From Pseudonocardiaceae bacterium (GTDB lineage Bacteria; Actinomycetota; Actinomycetes; Mycobacteriales; Pseudonocardiaceae): a stretch of 61,905 nucleotides of DNA. The position numbers and the translations under genes were made by a program. The stretch lies in NCBI GenBank assembly GCA_036402215.1, contig DASWTI010000205.1:1-61905 (forward strand), given 5' to 3'. Below are positions 19,252 to 30,080 of the stretch, piece by piece. The notes beneath the pieces were generated by a model that did no database searches, had not been told where the DNA came from, and saw only the letters and a program-made list of their open reading frames with translations. Each line of letters opens with the position of its first letter. The stretch's first letter is position 1.

Positions 19252-20349
19252 ATGCACACATCACGCCACACCATGCCCGTCGGCCGATTCGTCGCCGTGA
19301 CGCTCGCGCTGGCCATGGCCGCGCTGTCCAACGCCGGCTGCGGGACCACCGTCACCGGCCGCCCGAACGCCGCACCGTCCAACGCCACACCCGCAGGGCC
19401 GGCGACTGAGGTCACGGCCCTCGAGTCACCACCGGACGGGTCCGGGTTCTCCACCGAACCGCTCGACCAGCCCAACCCGGCACCGGGGATCACCTGGGCC
19501 GCCCGGGACAAGGTCTGCGACTGGCTCACACCCGACCTCGCCACCGCCATCGGCGCCACCGGCCCTGCCCAACCCGGCACGCTCGGCTGCGTCGTCCCGG
19601 TCACCGGCCACGCCGGGGACACCGCCCAGATCGCCTGGACCTTCCCGTTCCAAGCCCTGCACGAACCGACACACTTCGCCCGACCAGCCACCGTCCACGG
19701 ACTGCAGGCCCGCCAGTTCGCCCTGCACGGCCAGGGCCCCGGGGAGTGCACCACCCAGGTCAACACCCGCTCCGCGGTCTCCCTGCACCTCGTCGTGTGG
19801 AATCCCACCGACCCAGCCGCGGGAGACCATGAGGCGCGCTGCGCCACCGCACTGCGGACCGCGGAAGTCCTGACCGCCCGCTACGTCCCGCTCGCCGGCG
19901 GCACGCCCTACCCCGGCACACCCCAGCAGCCCGACCCGGCCCGGCTGGCCAAGGCCACGGCATGCGATGTGGTGACCAAGGGCGCCGCGAACCTGGCGAA
20001 CCTCGACAACCAGCCCGGCACCCCCGGCACCGAAGACAACGGCGACACCACCTGCTACCACACCAGCCCACACGCCGAAGCCCACGCCACCCTCACCACC
20101 CGCGGCGCCGACCGACCGACCCGGGAGATCATCGGACTGCCTGCCGACCTCCGCCCCTCCACCGACCCGACCGACCTGGCCTGCACCATGACCATCAACC
20201 TCAGCCCCGACCACCACCTCCGGCTCACCTACCACATCACCGGCCAGCCACCCGCCGGCGCCGACCAGAGCCGGCTCCTCGGGCTGGCCTGCGCGTTCGT
20301 GGAACTGCTGGCCGCCACCACCCTCAACGCCATCCACCGGGCGAACTGA
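19252..20349 (+). CDS. Lipoprotein, third member of the local paralog family
   Basis: GGGGGG lies before ATG 19252. Lipobox ALSNAGCG. Motifs VCDWLTPDL and ACDVVTKGA. Confidence 0.65.
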   Translation: MHTSRHTMPVGRFVAVTLALAMAALSNAGCGTTVTGRPNAAPSNATPAGPATEVTALESPPDGSGFSTEPLDQPNPAPGITWAARDKVCDWLTPDLATAIGATGPAQPGTLGCVVPVTGHAGDTAQIAWTFPFQALHEPTHFARPATVHGLQARQFALHGQGPGECTTQVNTRSAVSLHLVVWNPTDPAAGDHEARCATALRTAEVLTARYVPLAGGTPYPGTPQQPDPARLAKATACDVVTKGAANLANLDNQPGTPGTEDNGDTTCYHTSPHAEAHATLTTRGADRPTREIIGLPADLRPSTDPTDLACTMTINLSPDHHLRLTYHITGQPPAGADQSRLLGLACAFVELLAATTLNAIHRAN

Positions 20350-20430
20350 CCGGCCGGAAGTGCCGGCCCACCAGAGTGGTTGCCCCGCTACCGTCACAGG
20401 CAGGTCGTACTCGCGGGGAGGGAGCGAACA

Positions 20431-21036
20431 GTGCGATCACCAGGTGGGCCGGCATGGCAGGCCGCAGTCGAGACACACCGCACATTGATGGCCGGCGGAC
20501 GGATGACATCACTGCCGAGCGCGTCGGCCGGTGTGGCTCTGGCGCCTGGTGAGGTGGTGCACGGCGTCTTCCGCCGAGGCACCGGAGTGGAAGTGGTGTA
20601 CTCCCGGTTCTTCGCCGCCAACGTCGAATACGTGGTACCCGGCTCGGTGGCGATCGGACCACCGGCCTTCGTCGCCGGCCATCTGCTGACATCGGCGGCC
20701 CGGCGCTCCCAGGTGCGCCGCGAGGCGCACCGCAAGGCCGCGCCGCAATGGCGACGTGCACCGTGGCTGGCCACCGTCGTCACCTCCCGCCGGCTGATGT
20801 GCCAGATCCGCCACGGCAATGGCACCCCCTGGATCAGCATTTACCACGCGGCGCTCGCCGAGCTGCGACTGACCGGGCTTTCACTGGTCATGACCCCGAT
20901 ATCCGGGCCGCCGATCGGCCTCACCGGCGCCTGGGCGCCCTGGTGCGCCGCGGTCACCGCCCACTACCGCTACGGCTACGGCCTCGCCGCCGGCCACGCC
21001 GTCCCCGAACTCGACCAGGCCGCCCGGACTGCCTGA
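20431..21036 (+). CDS. Hypothetical protein
   Basis: GGGAGGGAG lies 6 nt before GTG 20431. GC3-rich with a non-repetitive translation. No family recognised. Confidence 0.5.
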   Translation: MRSPGGPAWQAAVETHRTLMAGGRMTSLPSASAGVALAPGEVVHGVFRRGTGVEVVYSRFFAANVEYVVPGSVAIGPPAFVAGHLLTSAARRSQVRREAHRKAAPQWRRAPWLATVVTSRRLMCQIRHGNGTPWISIYHAALAELRLTGLSLVMTPISGPPIGLTGAWAPWCAAVTAHYRYGYGLAAGHAVPELDQAARTA

Positions 21037-21293
21037 ACCACCACCGGCGGCGGACGTGAGGCAGGGGGCGACCACGCCGGCGCCGCACCCGAAGTTGCGA
21101 CTCCGCAGCCCGGAAGGCCGCGGCTGACTGCCAACGAACCGGTGAGTTCCCGCCTCACGTCCGATTCCCAGGACCGCTCCTGCGACGAGACGTCACCGAA
21201 CCGGCGCCACGCAGCATAGATCCGACCATTCCGCCTCGCACGGCCACACCGCAAAAGTCGCACCCCACAGCTCCCGTTAGCGCAATAAAGTCT

Positions 21294-21646
21294 TCACGAT
21301 GCTCCAAGAGCGACGCGTACCTGTCGCGGCAGCAACATGCCGCACCTCGTTTCTCGGGTGAGATCAGCAAGGTTCCGCCATGTGATCTGGCGGATCTCCT
21401 CAGGCGCCAACCGGTGCAGACGCGCGAGAGCCTGTTCGACATCGTCCACTCGGCCCGGCCGGCGAGCACGGCCACCGGAGCGGTCGCCAAACGGATGGTC
21501 AGTTCCGGCAAGACGCAATCAAGCGGCAGTCGTTCGAACAACTCAGGCCGCCGCGCCATCGCGGCGTTGACCGAGAAGAAGCAGCCCAGGCTGATCGCCC
21601 GCTGGGTCTGCTCCGCGTCACTCAGCCACCAGTGCAGCGTCGGCAA
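21294..21646 (-). pseudogene. TatD-family hydrolase C-terminal fragment with a frameshift
   Basis: HWWLSDAEQTQRAISLGCFFSVN...LDCVLPE, then a frame change to TDHPFGDRSG...LAPEEIRQITWRNLADL. The shift sits at gaact, where gaaact would be expected. The N-terminal ~150 aa are absent. Confidence 0.6.
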
Positions 21647-21728
21647 CCGTCCCCCCTACCGCGTCAAAGGACAGCAGGTCGACGCGCGCCGGGTCGTCCG
21701 ACCAGAGGGCAAGGAGTGGCTCGGTCAT
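21618..21728 (-). pseudogene. 36-aa stub resembling the N-terminus of a KAP-family P-loop NTPase
   Basis: MTEPLLALWSDDPARVDLLSFDAVGGTVADA fits the KAP N-terminal D.P...D.L.F..(A/V)...A pattern. Its ATG overlaps the DUF45 stop (ATGA). No P-loop follows. Confidence 0.35.
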
Positions 21729-22429
21729 GACACCCCTCCGAACCACAGGCGAGCACCACGCCTCGCGAGCTCTCGCTTGCGCTCCTCGTAGTCGGGCATG
21801 ACCCGGGCGAGCAGCTGCCAGAACGCGGGGCCGTGGTGGGCCTCGCGAAGATGAGCCAGCTCGTGCACGAGGACGTACTCGACAAGCGTTGGCGGCAGTT
21901 GCAGCGTTGCCCAGTGAATCCGAACGCGCCGTCCGGCCGTTGCGCTTCCCCACTTGTGGCCAAGGTCAGCGACCTCGATCGCCGCGTTGTCGACGCGCAG
22001 ACGTTCCGCCCACGAGGTGGCGCGTGGCCGCAGCCACGTCTCACCGCAGCGCCGGTACCACGCGATGACTGCGGTGTCACCGGAGCCGACCAGACCTTCG
22101 GGCAGGACGAGTCGACCGCGTTCCAACCGAACAGCGCCACCCTTCTCGACAAGCTTCAGGCGGTGACTGCGCCCGAGGTACAAGAAGCCCTCGCCGTCGA
22201 CCAGTTCTTTGGTGACCGGCTCGTGCTGCAGAACTTCCTTCTCCGCCAACTTGCGGTAGACCCACTCGCGCTTGGAGGCGAGGAACTGCTGCAGCTCTTC
22301 AGTCGCCACGTCCCCCGCAGCCCGGAGTCGGAGCGATCCGTCTGCCTCGATCGTGAGCTTCGCCCTGCGGCTGGTGCCAGCGATCTCGACCGGTACTCGG
22401 AGGTCATCGAGCTGGAGGACCGCCGTCAT
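21725..22429 (-). CDS. DUF45 / YgjP-like zinc metallopeptidase (commonly linked to type I R-M)
   Basis: HEXXH in YVLVHELAHLREAHHGPAFW. ATGA overlap with the hsdR stop. Confidence 0.85.
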   Translation of the reverse strand: MTAVLQLDDLRVPVEIAGTSRRAKLTIEADGSLRLRAAGDVATEELQQFLASKREWVYRKLAEKEVLQHEPVTKELVDGEGFLYLGRSHRLKLVEKGGAVRLERGRLVLPEGLVGSGDTAVIAWYRRCGETWLRPRATSWAERLRVDNAAIEVADLGHKWGSATAGRRVRIHWATLQLPPTLVEYVLVHELAHLREAHHGPAFWQLLARVMPDYEERKRELARRGARLWFGGVS

Positions 22430-25400
22430 GAGCGTCCTCCTGCCTTGATGTGCTGGGAGATGAGCGGCTGGTTGGCGCGCGCCAGTTCCATCAGGCGATC
22501 GGCGACGGCGGCCTGCTCGGAGAACGGGAACAGATCGACGTCGTCGAGCGTGTGGATGATGTCCTTACGCAGCTCGTCCTGGGCGTGCGGGTTATGCCAG
22601 AACCGGACGATGCCAGCGTGCCGGGTCACTTCGACGACGATGTCCTCGGCCAGGTGCATGATGTCCACCCGAACCTCATCGGGCAACGTGGCGCCAGTCG
22701 AGAACTCGCTCTCCAGCAAGCCGTAGAACCGGGCCACCAGCGGATCCTCATGGACGCGCTGGTCGGCGGGCTCATCGACGACGTCGCGGAGCAGCACCTC
22801 AAGGGCGAGGCTGAGCTGGTCCCACTTGCCGGTCAGGGTCTTCAATATCTCGTCGAGCCGCTCGGAGAGCTTGGTGTAGCGGGCGGGGTCCTCGTCGAAG
22901 TTCTTCCGGATATGGAACCGGAGGGCGTGCTCCATCTCGGAGGCCTTGGCCTTGTCCGAGGTCAGGCCCTTGACCTTGGCGAGGAACTCCGGGTCGGTAA
23001 CTGAGACCGGTGGGATCTTGGTCGCGATGTCGAGAGCAGTGACATGCTCGTCGATCAGGGCGCGGACCTTCTCGCCGTAGAGAGACGCGTCGAAGTCCCC
23101 CATGCCGTCGTCGCGGTAGCGGCGCCGGGCGACCTTCTGGATGAGGCCGAAGCGCTTGGCATCCGCCACGAATGGGAGCGCCTCCGGGCGGGGCAGGATG
23201 GTGTCGAGCGTGCTCAGGAACTGCTTGAGCAGCACACCAAAGCGGGCTCGTAGAGCGTCGTCTGAGAGCAGATCGACGCAGGCCTCGATGTCCTCATCAA
23301 GGTCGAAGCTCTCGATGCCGGCCTGAGCGAAGAGTGCCGCCACTCGGGCGTGCCGATCACGCAGCTTCGGCACCTCGTCGGTGATCGAGGCCAGGGCGCC
23401 GATCGCGTCCTCGGCATCCTCGGGCGCATACGCCTGCAGCGCCTTCTGCAGATGGGCGCCGACCCCGAAGTAGTCGACCAGGAGCCCGGCCGACTTGCCC
23501 TGTGCCGTTCGGTTCACTCGCGCAATGGCTTGCAGCAGCTCGGCATCCTGGATGAAGCGGTCGAGATAGAGCGCCTGCTCGACCGGGGCGTCGAAGCCGG
23601 TCAGTAGCATGGTGCGCACCAGCAGGAAGGCGACGGGGCTGGCGTGCTCACCGGGCAGACCGAGCGGCTTCTTGAACTCGGCGATCACGGCGTCCTGACG
23701 CGCCTTGTCCGTCCACTGCGCCCACGCCGGGTCGTCGTTGTGGTCGCCCGAGATGACCGGCACGAAATCAAGGATGCGAATGAGCTCAAGCTGCGGCAGT
23801 GCACGGACCAGCACCTGGCGCCGCCGATCCAGCCCGTCGACGTCGAGGCTGCCGTCCTCGGCGCCACGCACGAGATGCTCCGGCAGGTTCTCGATCTGCG
23901 CTACCAATTCGTCCCGGGTCACGAGCAGCGCCTCGCGGTAGCGAACCGTCGCCAGCCTGCTGGTGGCGGACAGCTGCGCCTTGAAGCCACCGGGCAGCAC
24001 CGTCGAGACGTAGTGCCACAGGATCGACTTGGCCTTGGCAGCAATGAGCTTGGGCGCTTCCAACACAGCCCCGGTCGTGGCGTAGCGCGCCTTGAGCTTC
24101 TCGACCTCCTCGGCCGTGTGCTCGGCGAACATGTCCTCGAACAGCTCGTCCAGGTCGCTGCCACCAGCGACTGCGCCCTTGGCCGTGCGTCCCTCGTAGA
24201 AGATCGGGACAACGGCGCCGTCGTGCTCCGCCTGGCGGATCGTGTACTTGTCGATGAACGGGCCGAAGATGGCGTCGGTGCGCTTCTTGCCCTCGCGCAT
24301 GATCGGGGTGCCGGTGAAGCCAATCTTGGCCGCGTTCGGCAGCGCCGCCATGAGGTTGGCGTGCAGCGTCGAGGTCTGGGATCGGTGCGCCTCGTCGACC
24401 AGGATCACGATGGTCTCGTCGGTGTTGAGCACACCGAGCGCCTCGTTCGTCTCGTCGCCGGTCATCCGGGTCTCGCTCGCACCGGCGGCATCGGTGTCGC
24501 GGTACTTCTGGATCATGGCGAAGACGAGCGCCGGGCCCTTCTCGGCGAGGATCGTCCTCAGCTTACTGGTGCGCCGGGCTCGCTGGACGCCCTCGCCGGA
24601 CAGCTTGGCCGTTTCGGACAGCTGCTTCTCCAGGTCGGTCCGGTCGGTCACAACAACGACCTTGAAGGCACGCAGCACCGGGTCAGAGCGCATCGCCCGC
24701 ATCAGGAACACCATGGTGAGCGACTTACCCGACCCCTGCGTGTGCCAGATGAGCCCACCACGCCGGTCACTCTCGCCGTCCTGGGCGCGCGTCTTGCCGG
24801 TGCGTAGGCGCTGGAGCGCCCGACCAACGGCGCGGTGCTGCTGGTAGCGAGTGACGATCTTGATCCGCCGGCCGTTCACCTCGGTGAAGAGCGTGAAGTG
24901 CCTGACGATGTCGAGCAGGTTGGCCGGTGCCAACATCCCAGCGGTCAGCAGCTCCTGTCCGGTCAGCTCCGCCGCGGGCTTGCCGAGCTTCGCCGCCAGC
25001 TCGTCACGCGTGAGCGGAAAGGCGTCCTTCCACTCCAGGAAGTGCTCCGGGCCGGCCGTGAACGTCGCAACCCGCGCCTTGTCGCCGTAGGTCGAGACGA
25101 CGAACTGGTTGGTCCAGAACAACTGCTCGTTGCCCTCGGGCAGGCCAAGATGGCGCTGGTTGGCGTAGCGGCGCAGCTGGTTGATGCCCTCGGCCATGGG
25201 GTCGGTGATGTACGGGCTCTTGCACTCGATGACCACCAGCGGGATGCCGTTGACGAACAGCACGATGTCGGGAGCGACGAACTTCTTCGCCTGGCCGCCT
25301 GGCTCATCCACCCGAAACTGGCTGATCGCCAGGAAGTCGTTGTTGCCAGGATCGTCGAAGTCGATGAACTGGATGCGCTGCGACCGGCCCTGATCCCAGT

Positions 25401-25725
25401 CGGGTAGACCAGCCACGGTCACGCCCTCAAGAAGGCGCTCAGTCATCCGCTCATTGAGCTCGATGAGCTTGCCTACTTCAGAGCGCGTTAGCGACGAGAC
25501 GGCCTCGGCCAGCCGGGCGTCGTCCAGCCACAGAGCACCGTCCGGTCCCGGGTTAATCTTGCGCAAGGCGGCCCGGAGCCGATCCTCGAGGATTGAGCCA
25601 CGGAACGAGTCGCGCTCAGTCACCGAGGGGTCTGACTTGGATCCCTCGATCACCTGCCAGCCGAGACCGGTCAGCTGATCCAGCAGCGGCTTCTCGACCT
25701 CGGTGTATTCGGGACCCTGGTTCAT
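22426..25725 (-). CDS. hsdR: Type I restriction enzyme R subunit
   Basis: Walker A HTQGSGKSLTM and DEAH box ILVDEAHRSQ. The N-terminus [18 protein letters not shown] is typical. ATGA overlap with the hsdS stop. Confidence 0.9.
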   Translation of the reverse strand: MNQGPEYTEVEKPLLDQLTGLGWQVIEGSKSDPSVTERDSFRGSILEDRLRAALRKINPGPDGALWLDDARLAEAVSSLTRSEVGKLIELNERMTERLLEGVTVAGLPDWDQGRSQRIQFIDFDDPGNNDFLAISQFRVDEPGGQAKKFVAPDIVLFVNGIPLVVIECKSPYITDPMAEGINQLRRYANQRHLGLPEGNEQLFWTNQFVVSTYGDKARVATFTAGPEHFLEWKDAFPLTRDELAAKLGKPAAELTGQELLTAGMLAPANLLDIVRHFTLFTEVNGRRIKIVTRYQQHRAVGRALQRLRTGKTRAQDGESDRRGGLIWHTQGSGKSLTMVFLMRAMRSDPVLRAFKVVVVTDRTDLEKQLSETAKLSGEGVQRARRTSKLRTILAEKGPALVFAMIQKYRDTDAAGASETRMTGDETNEALGVLNTDETIVILVDEAHRSQTSTLHANLMAALPNAAKIGFTGTPIMREGKKRTDAIFGPFIDKYTIRQAEHDGAVVPIFYEGRTAKGAVAGGSDLDELFEDMFAEHTAEEVEKLKARYATTGAVLEAPKLIAAKAKSILWHYVSTVLPGGFKAQLSATSRLATVRYREALLVTRDELVAQIENLPEHLVRGAEDGSLDVDGLDRRRQVLVRALPQLELIRILDFVPVISGDHNDDPAWAQWTDKARQDAVIAEFKKPLGLPGEHASPVAFLLVRTMLLTGFDAPVEQALYLDRFIQDAELLQAIARVNRTAQGKSAGLLVDYFGVGAHLQKALQAYAPEDAEDAIGALASITDEVPKLRDRHARVAALFAQAGIESFDLDEDIEACVDLLSDDALRARFGVLLKQFLSTLDTILPRPEALPFVADAKRFGLIQKVARRRYRDDGMGDFDASLYGEKVRALIDEHVTALDIATKIPPVSVTDPEFLAKVKGLTSDKAKASEMEHALRFHIRKNFDEDPARYTKLSERLDEILKTLTGKWDQLSLALEVLLRDVVDEPADQRVHEDPLVARFYGLLESEFSTGATLPDEVRVDIMHLAEDIVVEVTRHAGIVRFWHNPHAQDELRKDIIHTLDDVDLFPFSEQAAVADRLMELARANQPLISQHIKAGGRS

Positions 25726-26855
25726 GAGGCGGCCTGTTCCGGAACGCGAACGCGACCGCTGAGCAGATCCCTTGCCAAGCTCTCCATCAGCTGAGTGAGT
25801 TTTGACAAGCGAGCCTCTTCGCAATTGAGGGCGAAGCGAGAGGCATCAAGTGCGTCGACCACCATTTCCGCCTGCCCTTTGGGCAGTATTGGGATCTGAA
25901 TGCGCCGCACGTCTCGAAGATTAATTCCGCGAACGGCGAGGCCTACCGTCTCTGAGTCGATGAAACGCTGAGCGTCGGGCGACGTTAGATAGTGCGCCGC
26001 GAACCGTTGAAGCGAATTGGGGAGAGATATCCGGGCCGTGTCCTGAGTAATATTTGCACCATTAAGCTGCGGCCCTACAATGCAGACCCGTCCAACCGTA
26101 CCCCGAATAGAGAGGAGGACATCTCCCGCCTGCAGACGGGAGCGCCGATACTCTCTATCGATCGAGGGGCTCGTAAGCAGAAGTCCGTCAGGACTGATCG
26201 ACCCGGTCTTCATGTCCTTGACCTTGACGACTGGCACGCCATTGGGAAAATGCTCACCGGGCATAAGGATTCCATAAACAATCGGGCGATTCCTGTCCAC
26301 GAGATCGCCGAGCGGTATCCATCTGCACGAGTTCCGAACTGAGTCTCCTTCGAAGAAGCTCATGAGAAGGCCTTTGTGGAGGTCCTGCAGCTTCTGCACG
26401 ACAAGGGAGCTAGATGCAATCTGCTCTTCGAGAACGTCCAAGATCGCTGCAATTTGCCGCTGTTCAATAATCGGCGGAACCTTAAAAGCGAGCCTGTAAA
26501 CATCGTTTCGGTTCAGACCCGGTACGCCGGTCGAGGAGTCTAGGCGCCGAAGCCCAAGCTGCGATAGCGCCCAATAGAACCACCTCAAGTCAAAGTTGCG
26601 AGCAACCTTCACGTAGTAGGCCGTATCAATAGGCCAGAAGTCATGTCGAGACCACGCTAGAGCGCCGACGGTACCCTTGCGTCCGACGATGATCCCAGGG
26701 CCCTTGATGAGCGCCGCACTGTGCCTCCCCACCTCTCCATTGGACCCAAAGACCGGGAACTCATCTCCGAAGCGAATCGTCGCGGGTAGCGCTGCGCCAT
26801 ATTCGAGCGTGGCAACATCACCAAGCGTAAGTGCACGCCATTTTCGATCACTCAT
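25722..26855 (-). CDS. hsdS: Type I R-M specificity subunit
   Basis: Two target-recognition halves separated by a conserved helical spacer ([20 protein letters not shown]; ..[14 protein letters not shown]). 8-nt overlap with hsdM. Confidence 0.85.
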   Translation of the reverse strand: MSDRKWRALTLGDVATLEYGAALPATIRFGDEFPVFGSNGEVGRHSAALIKGPGIIVGRKGTVGALAWSRHDFWPIDTAYYVKVARNFDLRWFYWALSQLGLRRLDSSTGVPGLNRNDVYRLAFKVPPIIEQRQIAAILDVLEEQIASSSLVVQKLQDLHKGLLMSFFEGDSVRNSCRWIPLGDLVDRNRPIVYGILMPGEHFPNGVPVVKVKDMKTGSISPDGLLLTSPSIDREYRRSRLQAGDVLLSIRGTVGRVCIVGPQLNGANITQDTARISLPNSLQRFAAHYLTSPDAQRFIDSETVGLAVRGINLRDVRRIQIPILPKGQAEMVVDALDASRFALNCEEARLSKLTQLMESLARDLLSGRVRVPEQAAS

Positions 26856-29250
26856 AGCCGAGCTCCTTCAGGAACCCGGCGAGGGTTGCTGCGGCAGCGT
26901 CACGCTCAGCTTCCAGCGCCGAGAGAGGCGTTCGGTACTTGTCCCACCAGGTCTCGAAGGCTGAGACCACCAATCGGCGATGCCGAGTGATGCGGTCCTG
27001 CGCTTCTGCCAGGAGATCGTGCTGCAAGGCGTCGAGCACGATCTGACGAGCGGACGTGTCATCAAGCGCGGTACTGGCGGCCGCGAGCCGGTCGGCGAAA
27101 GCGGCCTTCTCGGCTTTGAGCTGCTTCTTGGTGGCCGTCAGCTTGGTCTTCAGCTTCTTCAGTTCGGCCAGCGAGAGGGCGTCCTCGCTCGGCTCGGCGT
27201 CCTCCTCGTCATCGGAGGCGGTCGCCGCCTTGATCGTGCCGTCCAACTCTGCGACCTCGGCTTCGAGCGTGGCCAGACGGTCGAGATACTCAGGCAGCAG
27301 TGCCCTGGCCACCTTGTGGTCGAGCGGGTTGACCTTCGCCTTCTCCTCCGCCAGGGCGTCGAGCACGGTGGCAACCCAAGCCTCGATGAGACCGCGGTAG
27401 CCGTGAGTCGCAAGCGCCTTGAGGTCAGGCAGGCTCTCGCCCCACCAGGACGCCACGATGCCCCGGATCGCAAAGGGATCGAGCAGCGGCGTGTCCGCCA
27501 GGGCGTCTCGGAACGTCTCGATCATCTCCTTGCGGAGATCAACGAGATCGCCGGGCGCCGCCAGCTTGTCGAAGCGCCCTTCCTGCGTCTCCCACCAGAG
27601 CCCGATGGCGTCGGGCACCTTGCTCTCCACACCGACCACACCAGCGTCTGACTCGATCCGGGTGCGTAGGTCGCGCCGCTCGGTCACGACGTCGGCAAAC
27701 TGCAGGTAGTCGTCGCTCCTTGGCGCCAGCAGGTGCTCGGGTACGAGGCCGTGGGCGGCAAAGAGATCCGCCTTGGCGCTCACCTCACGCTTCGGGATCC
27801 CGCCGTGCAGATGCGCGCGGACGTCCTGCGGCTCGGGAGGCGGCGTGGTGTCGACGTAGCGACGGATGTTGAGGTTGTCGTCGTTCTCGGCAAGCTCGGC
27901 GCGTGAAACCACACGGGCGAAGCCTGGGACGTCCTCGAAGGTGCGATACGCCGAGACGATCTTCTCGATATGCTCGGGCTCCAGGTAGTTCTGTGCCCTG
28001 CCCTCGCGGTAGTCGCGGTCCGCGTTGATGAATAGCACCTTCTCCTTGCGCTCGGCTGGCTTCGAGCCGAGTGGGCGCAGCACGAGGATGCAGGCCGGGA
28101 TGCCGGTGCCGTAGAAGAGCTGGGGACCGAGACCGATGACGGCCTCAATGAGATCGTCGTTCAGGAAGCCGGTGCGGATCTTCCCCTCATCCCCACCACG
28201 GAACAGCACGCCGTGCGGCATGACGGTCGTGACGAGGCCGCCGGGCCTGGTGACCGCCAGCATGTGCTGGACGAACATCAGGTCGGCCTTCTTGCCCTTC
28301 TCGGGCGTGTAGCCGTAGCGGAACCGCTCGGGGAACGGGATGGCGTCGGCTGAGTAGTTCATGGAGAACGGCGGGTTGGTGATCACCCGGTCGAAGCGCT
28401 GCAGCTCCCCGCCGGTGATGTGTGCCGGGTCCTCCAGTGTGCCGTCGTCGTTGTTCCGCAGGTCAGCGTCGGGGATGCCGTGCAGCAGCATATTCATCTT
28501 GGAGATGGCCCAGACGCTGCCGTCCTTCTCCTGGCCGGCGAGGGCAAGGTTGCGGCCGTCGCCGCCGGACTCCTCGACGTACTCCTTGGAGAGGATCAGC
28601 ATGCCGCCAGATCCCGTGCACGGGTCGTAGACGCTCATGCCGGGGTGCGGGTCGGCGATCTGCACCATGAGGCGGACGACGTCGCGAGGGGTGTAGAACT
28701 CCCCGCCCTTCTTGCCCGCCGAGTCGGCAAAGTCCCGGATCAGGTACTCGTACGCAGCGCCGAGGAGGTCGGGGAACTCAAAGTCCTGCTGGCGGAGCGG
28801 CACCTTGTTGAAGTGCATGATCAGCTCGCGCAGCTTCTTGTCGGACATCGACGACTGACCGATCTTGCGGTTGAAGTCGATGTGCTGCAGGACGCCGTCG
28901 AGCGGCCGGTTGCTGTGCTCCAGCTCCTCCAGAGCCTTGTTCAGGCCGCTGCCGACCGACTTGTGCAGGTGGTCCCGGATCTGGTCCCAGCGGGCGCGCT
29001 GCGGCACGTAGAACGTCCGATAGAACGCCGGGGACTCAGCCCGCTGCTCCGCCTCAGCCTGAGAGCGCCCGCGGGAGCGTTGCTCGGCGATGACCTGCTG
29101 CTGCTCAGCCTCGAACTGGTCCGAGGCGTACTTCAGGAACAGCATCCCGAAGATGTACTCCTTGTAGGCGGAGGCCTCCATGGAGCCGCGGAGTACATCG
29201 GCGGCAGCGAACAGATGCCGCTCCAACTGCGGCAATGTCAAGCGAGGCAT
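26848..29250 (-). CDS. hsdM: Type I R-M N6-adenine DNA methyltransferase subunit with a long C-terminal extension
   Basis: HsdM N-terminal domain ([10 protein letters not shown]), SAM motif [10 protein letters not shown] and catalytic NPPF. About 300 extra C-terminal residues with coiled-coil character. Confidence 0.9.
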   Translation of the reverse strand: MPRLTLPQLERHLFAAADVLRGSMEASAYKEYIFGMLFLKYASDQFEAEQQQVIAEQRSRGRSQAEAEQRAESPAFYRTFYVPQRARWDQIRDHLHKSVGSGLNKALEELEHSNRPLDGVLQHIDFNRKIGQSSMSDKKLRELIMHFNKVPLRQQDFEFPDLLGAAYEYLIRDFADSAGKKGGEFYTPRDVVRLMVQIADPHPGMSVYDPCTGSGGMLILSKEYVEESGGDGRNLALAGQEKDGSVWAISKMNMLLHGIPDADLRNNDDGTLEDPAHITGGELQRFDRVITNPPFSMNYSADAIPFPERFRYGYTPEKGKKADLMFVQHMLAVTRPGGLVTTVMPHGVLFRGGDEGKIRTGFLNDDLIEAVIGLGPQLFYGTGIPACILVLRPLGSKPAERKEKVLFINADRDYREGRAQNYLEPEHIEKIVSAYRTFEDVPGFARVVSRAELAENDDNLNIRRYVDTTPPPEPQDVRAHLHGGIPKREVSAKADLFAAHGLVPEHLLAPRSDDYLQFADVVTERRDLRTRIESDAGVVGVESKVPDAIGLWWETQEGRFDKLAAPGDLVDLRKEMIETFRDALADTPLLDPFAIRGIVASWWGESLPDLKALATHGYRGLIEAWVATVLDALAEEKAKVNPLDHKVARALLPEYLDRLATLEAEVAELDGTIKAATASDDEEDAEPSEDALSLAELKKLKTKLTATKKQLKAEKAAFADRLAAASTALDDTSARQIVLDALQHDLLAEAQDRITRHRRLVVSAFETWWDKYRTPLSALEAERDAAAATLAGFLKELGYE

Positions 29251-29705
29251 CCGGCAGCTCGTCCTTCCTGGTGGCAGGCGTCAGGCCCATCGTGCAGCAT
29301 CACATCAGCGTTACTGCATCTGGTCTCCTCAGGGATGCAAGGTCTCGCTATGGCCACCTTGCGCTTCACCACCCCGCACAAAGTTGACCTTGGCTGCCAA
29401 GAGTCAGGTTGCCGCGGCGGAGGGCATCGAGGGAGACGACGGCAGGTGTGACCACGGACCTGCAGTAGCGGCGCCGCCGCACCAGATCTGGGCGGTGGCA
29501 AAGACGGCAGTGGGTCGGCCCATGAGCGTGCAGCCAATGGCCGCGTTCCTTGGTGATGACCACGAGGAGGCGGGTGCGCCGCAGAGCAAGATAGGCCAAC
29601 GCGTGCCGCTTTGGCGACGCCGCGGGGGCTGGCGTGGCACGGTGGTGGGGTGGGCAGTGGGGGCTGCCTCGGGCCGGCGGGCCGGGAGTTGGGGGGAGGG
29701 CGCCG

Positions 29706-30080
29706 GTGGATGGTGCGCGGTATCGGCGGCATGCGTCTGTGGGGAGGCGGTTGCGTCGGGGGGCGTTGTGGTTCACGGATGCCGAGTGGGCGGCGATCGT
29801 GCGGGCGGCCGAGGGTGCTGGGTTGCGGCCGACGGCGTGGGTTCAGCAGGTTGCGCACGAGACTGCAGCCGGGCGTGCCGGTCTCGGGCGAGACGAGACG
29901 GTGGTTCTCGTTGCCGAGTTGCGAGAGTCGCGGGCGGCGTTGGCGAGAGCGGGCGCGGCGGTTCGCGGTCTCGCGAGAGCTGACGCCGGGCCGGGTGAAC
30001 GAGTGTTGGCGTTGGTGGCGGGCACGGTTCATCGGCTGGATGCGGTGTTGCTGCGAGTGCATCGGCGGCTCGCGGGGTGA
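29706..30080 (+). CDS. MobC-like relaxosome accessory protein
   Basis: LWFTDAEWAAIVRAAEGAGLRPTAWVQQVA (ribbon-helix-helix style). GTGA overlap with the relaxase start. Its own start is uncertain. Confidence 0.6.
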   Translation: MDGARYRRHASVGRRLRRGALWFTDAEWAAIVRAAEGAGLRPTAWVQQVAHETAAGRAGLGRDETVVLVAELRESRAALARAGAAVRGLARADAGPGERVLALVAGTVHRLDAVLLRVHRRLAG

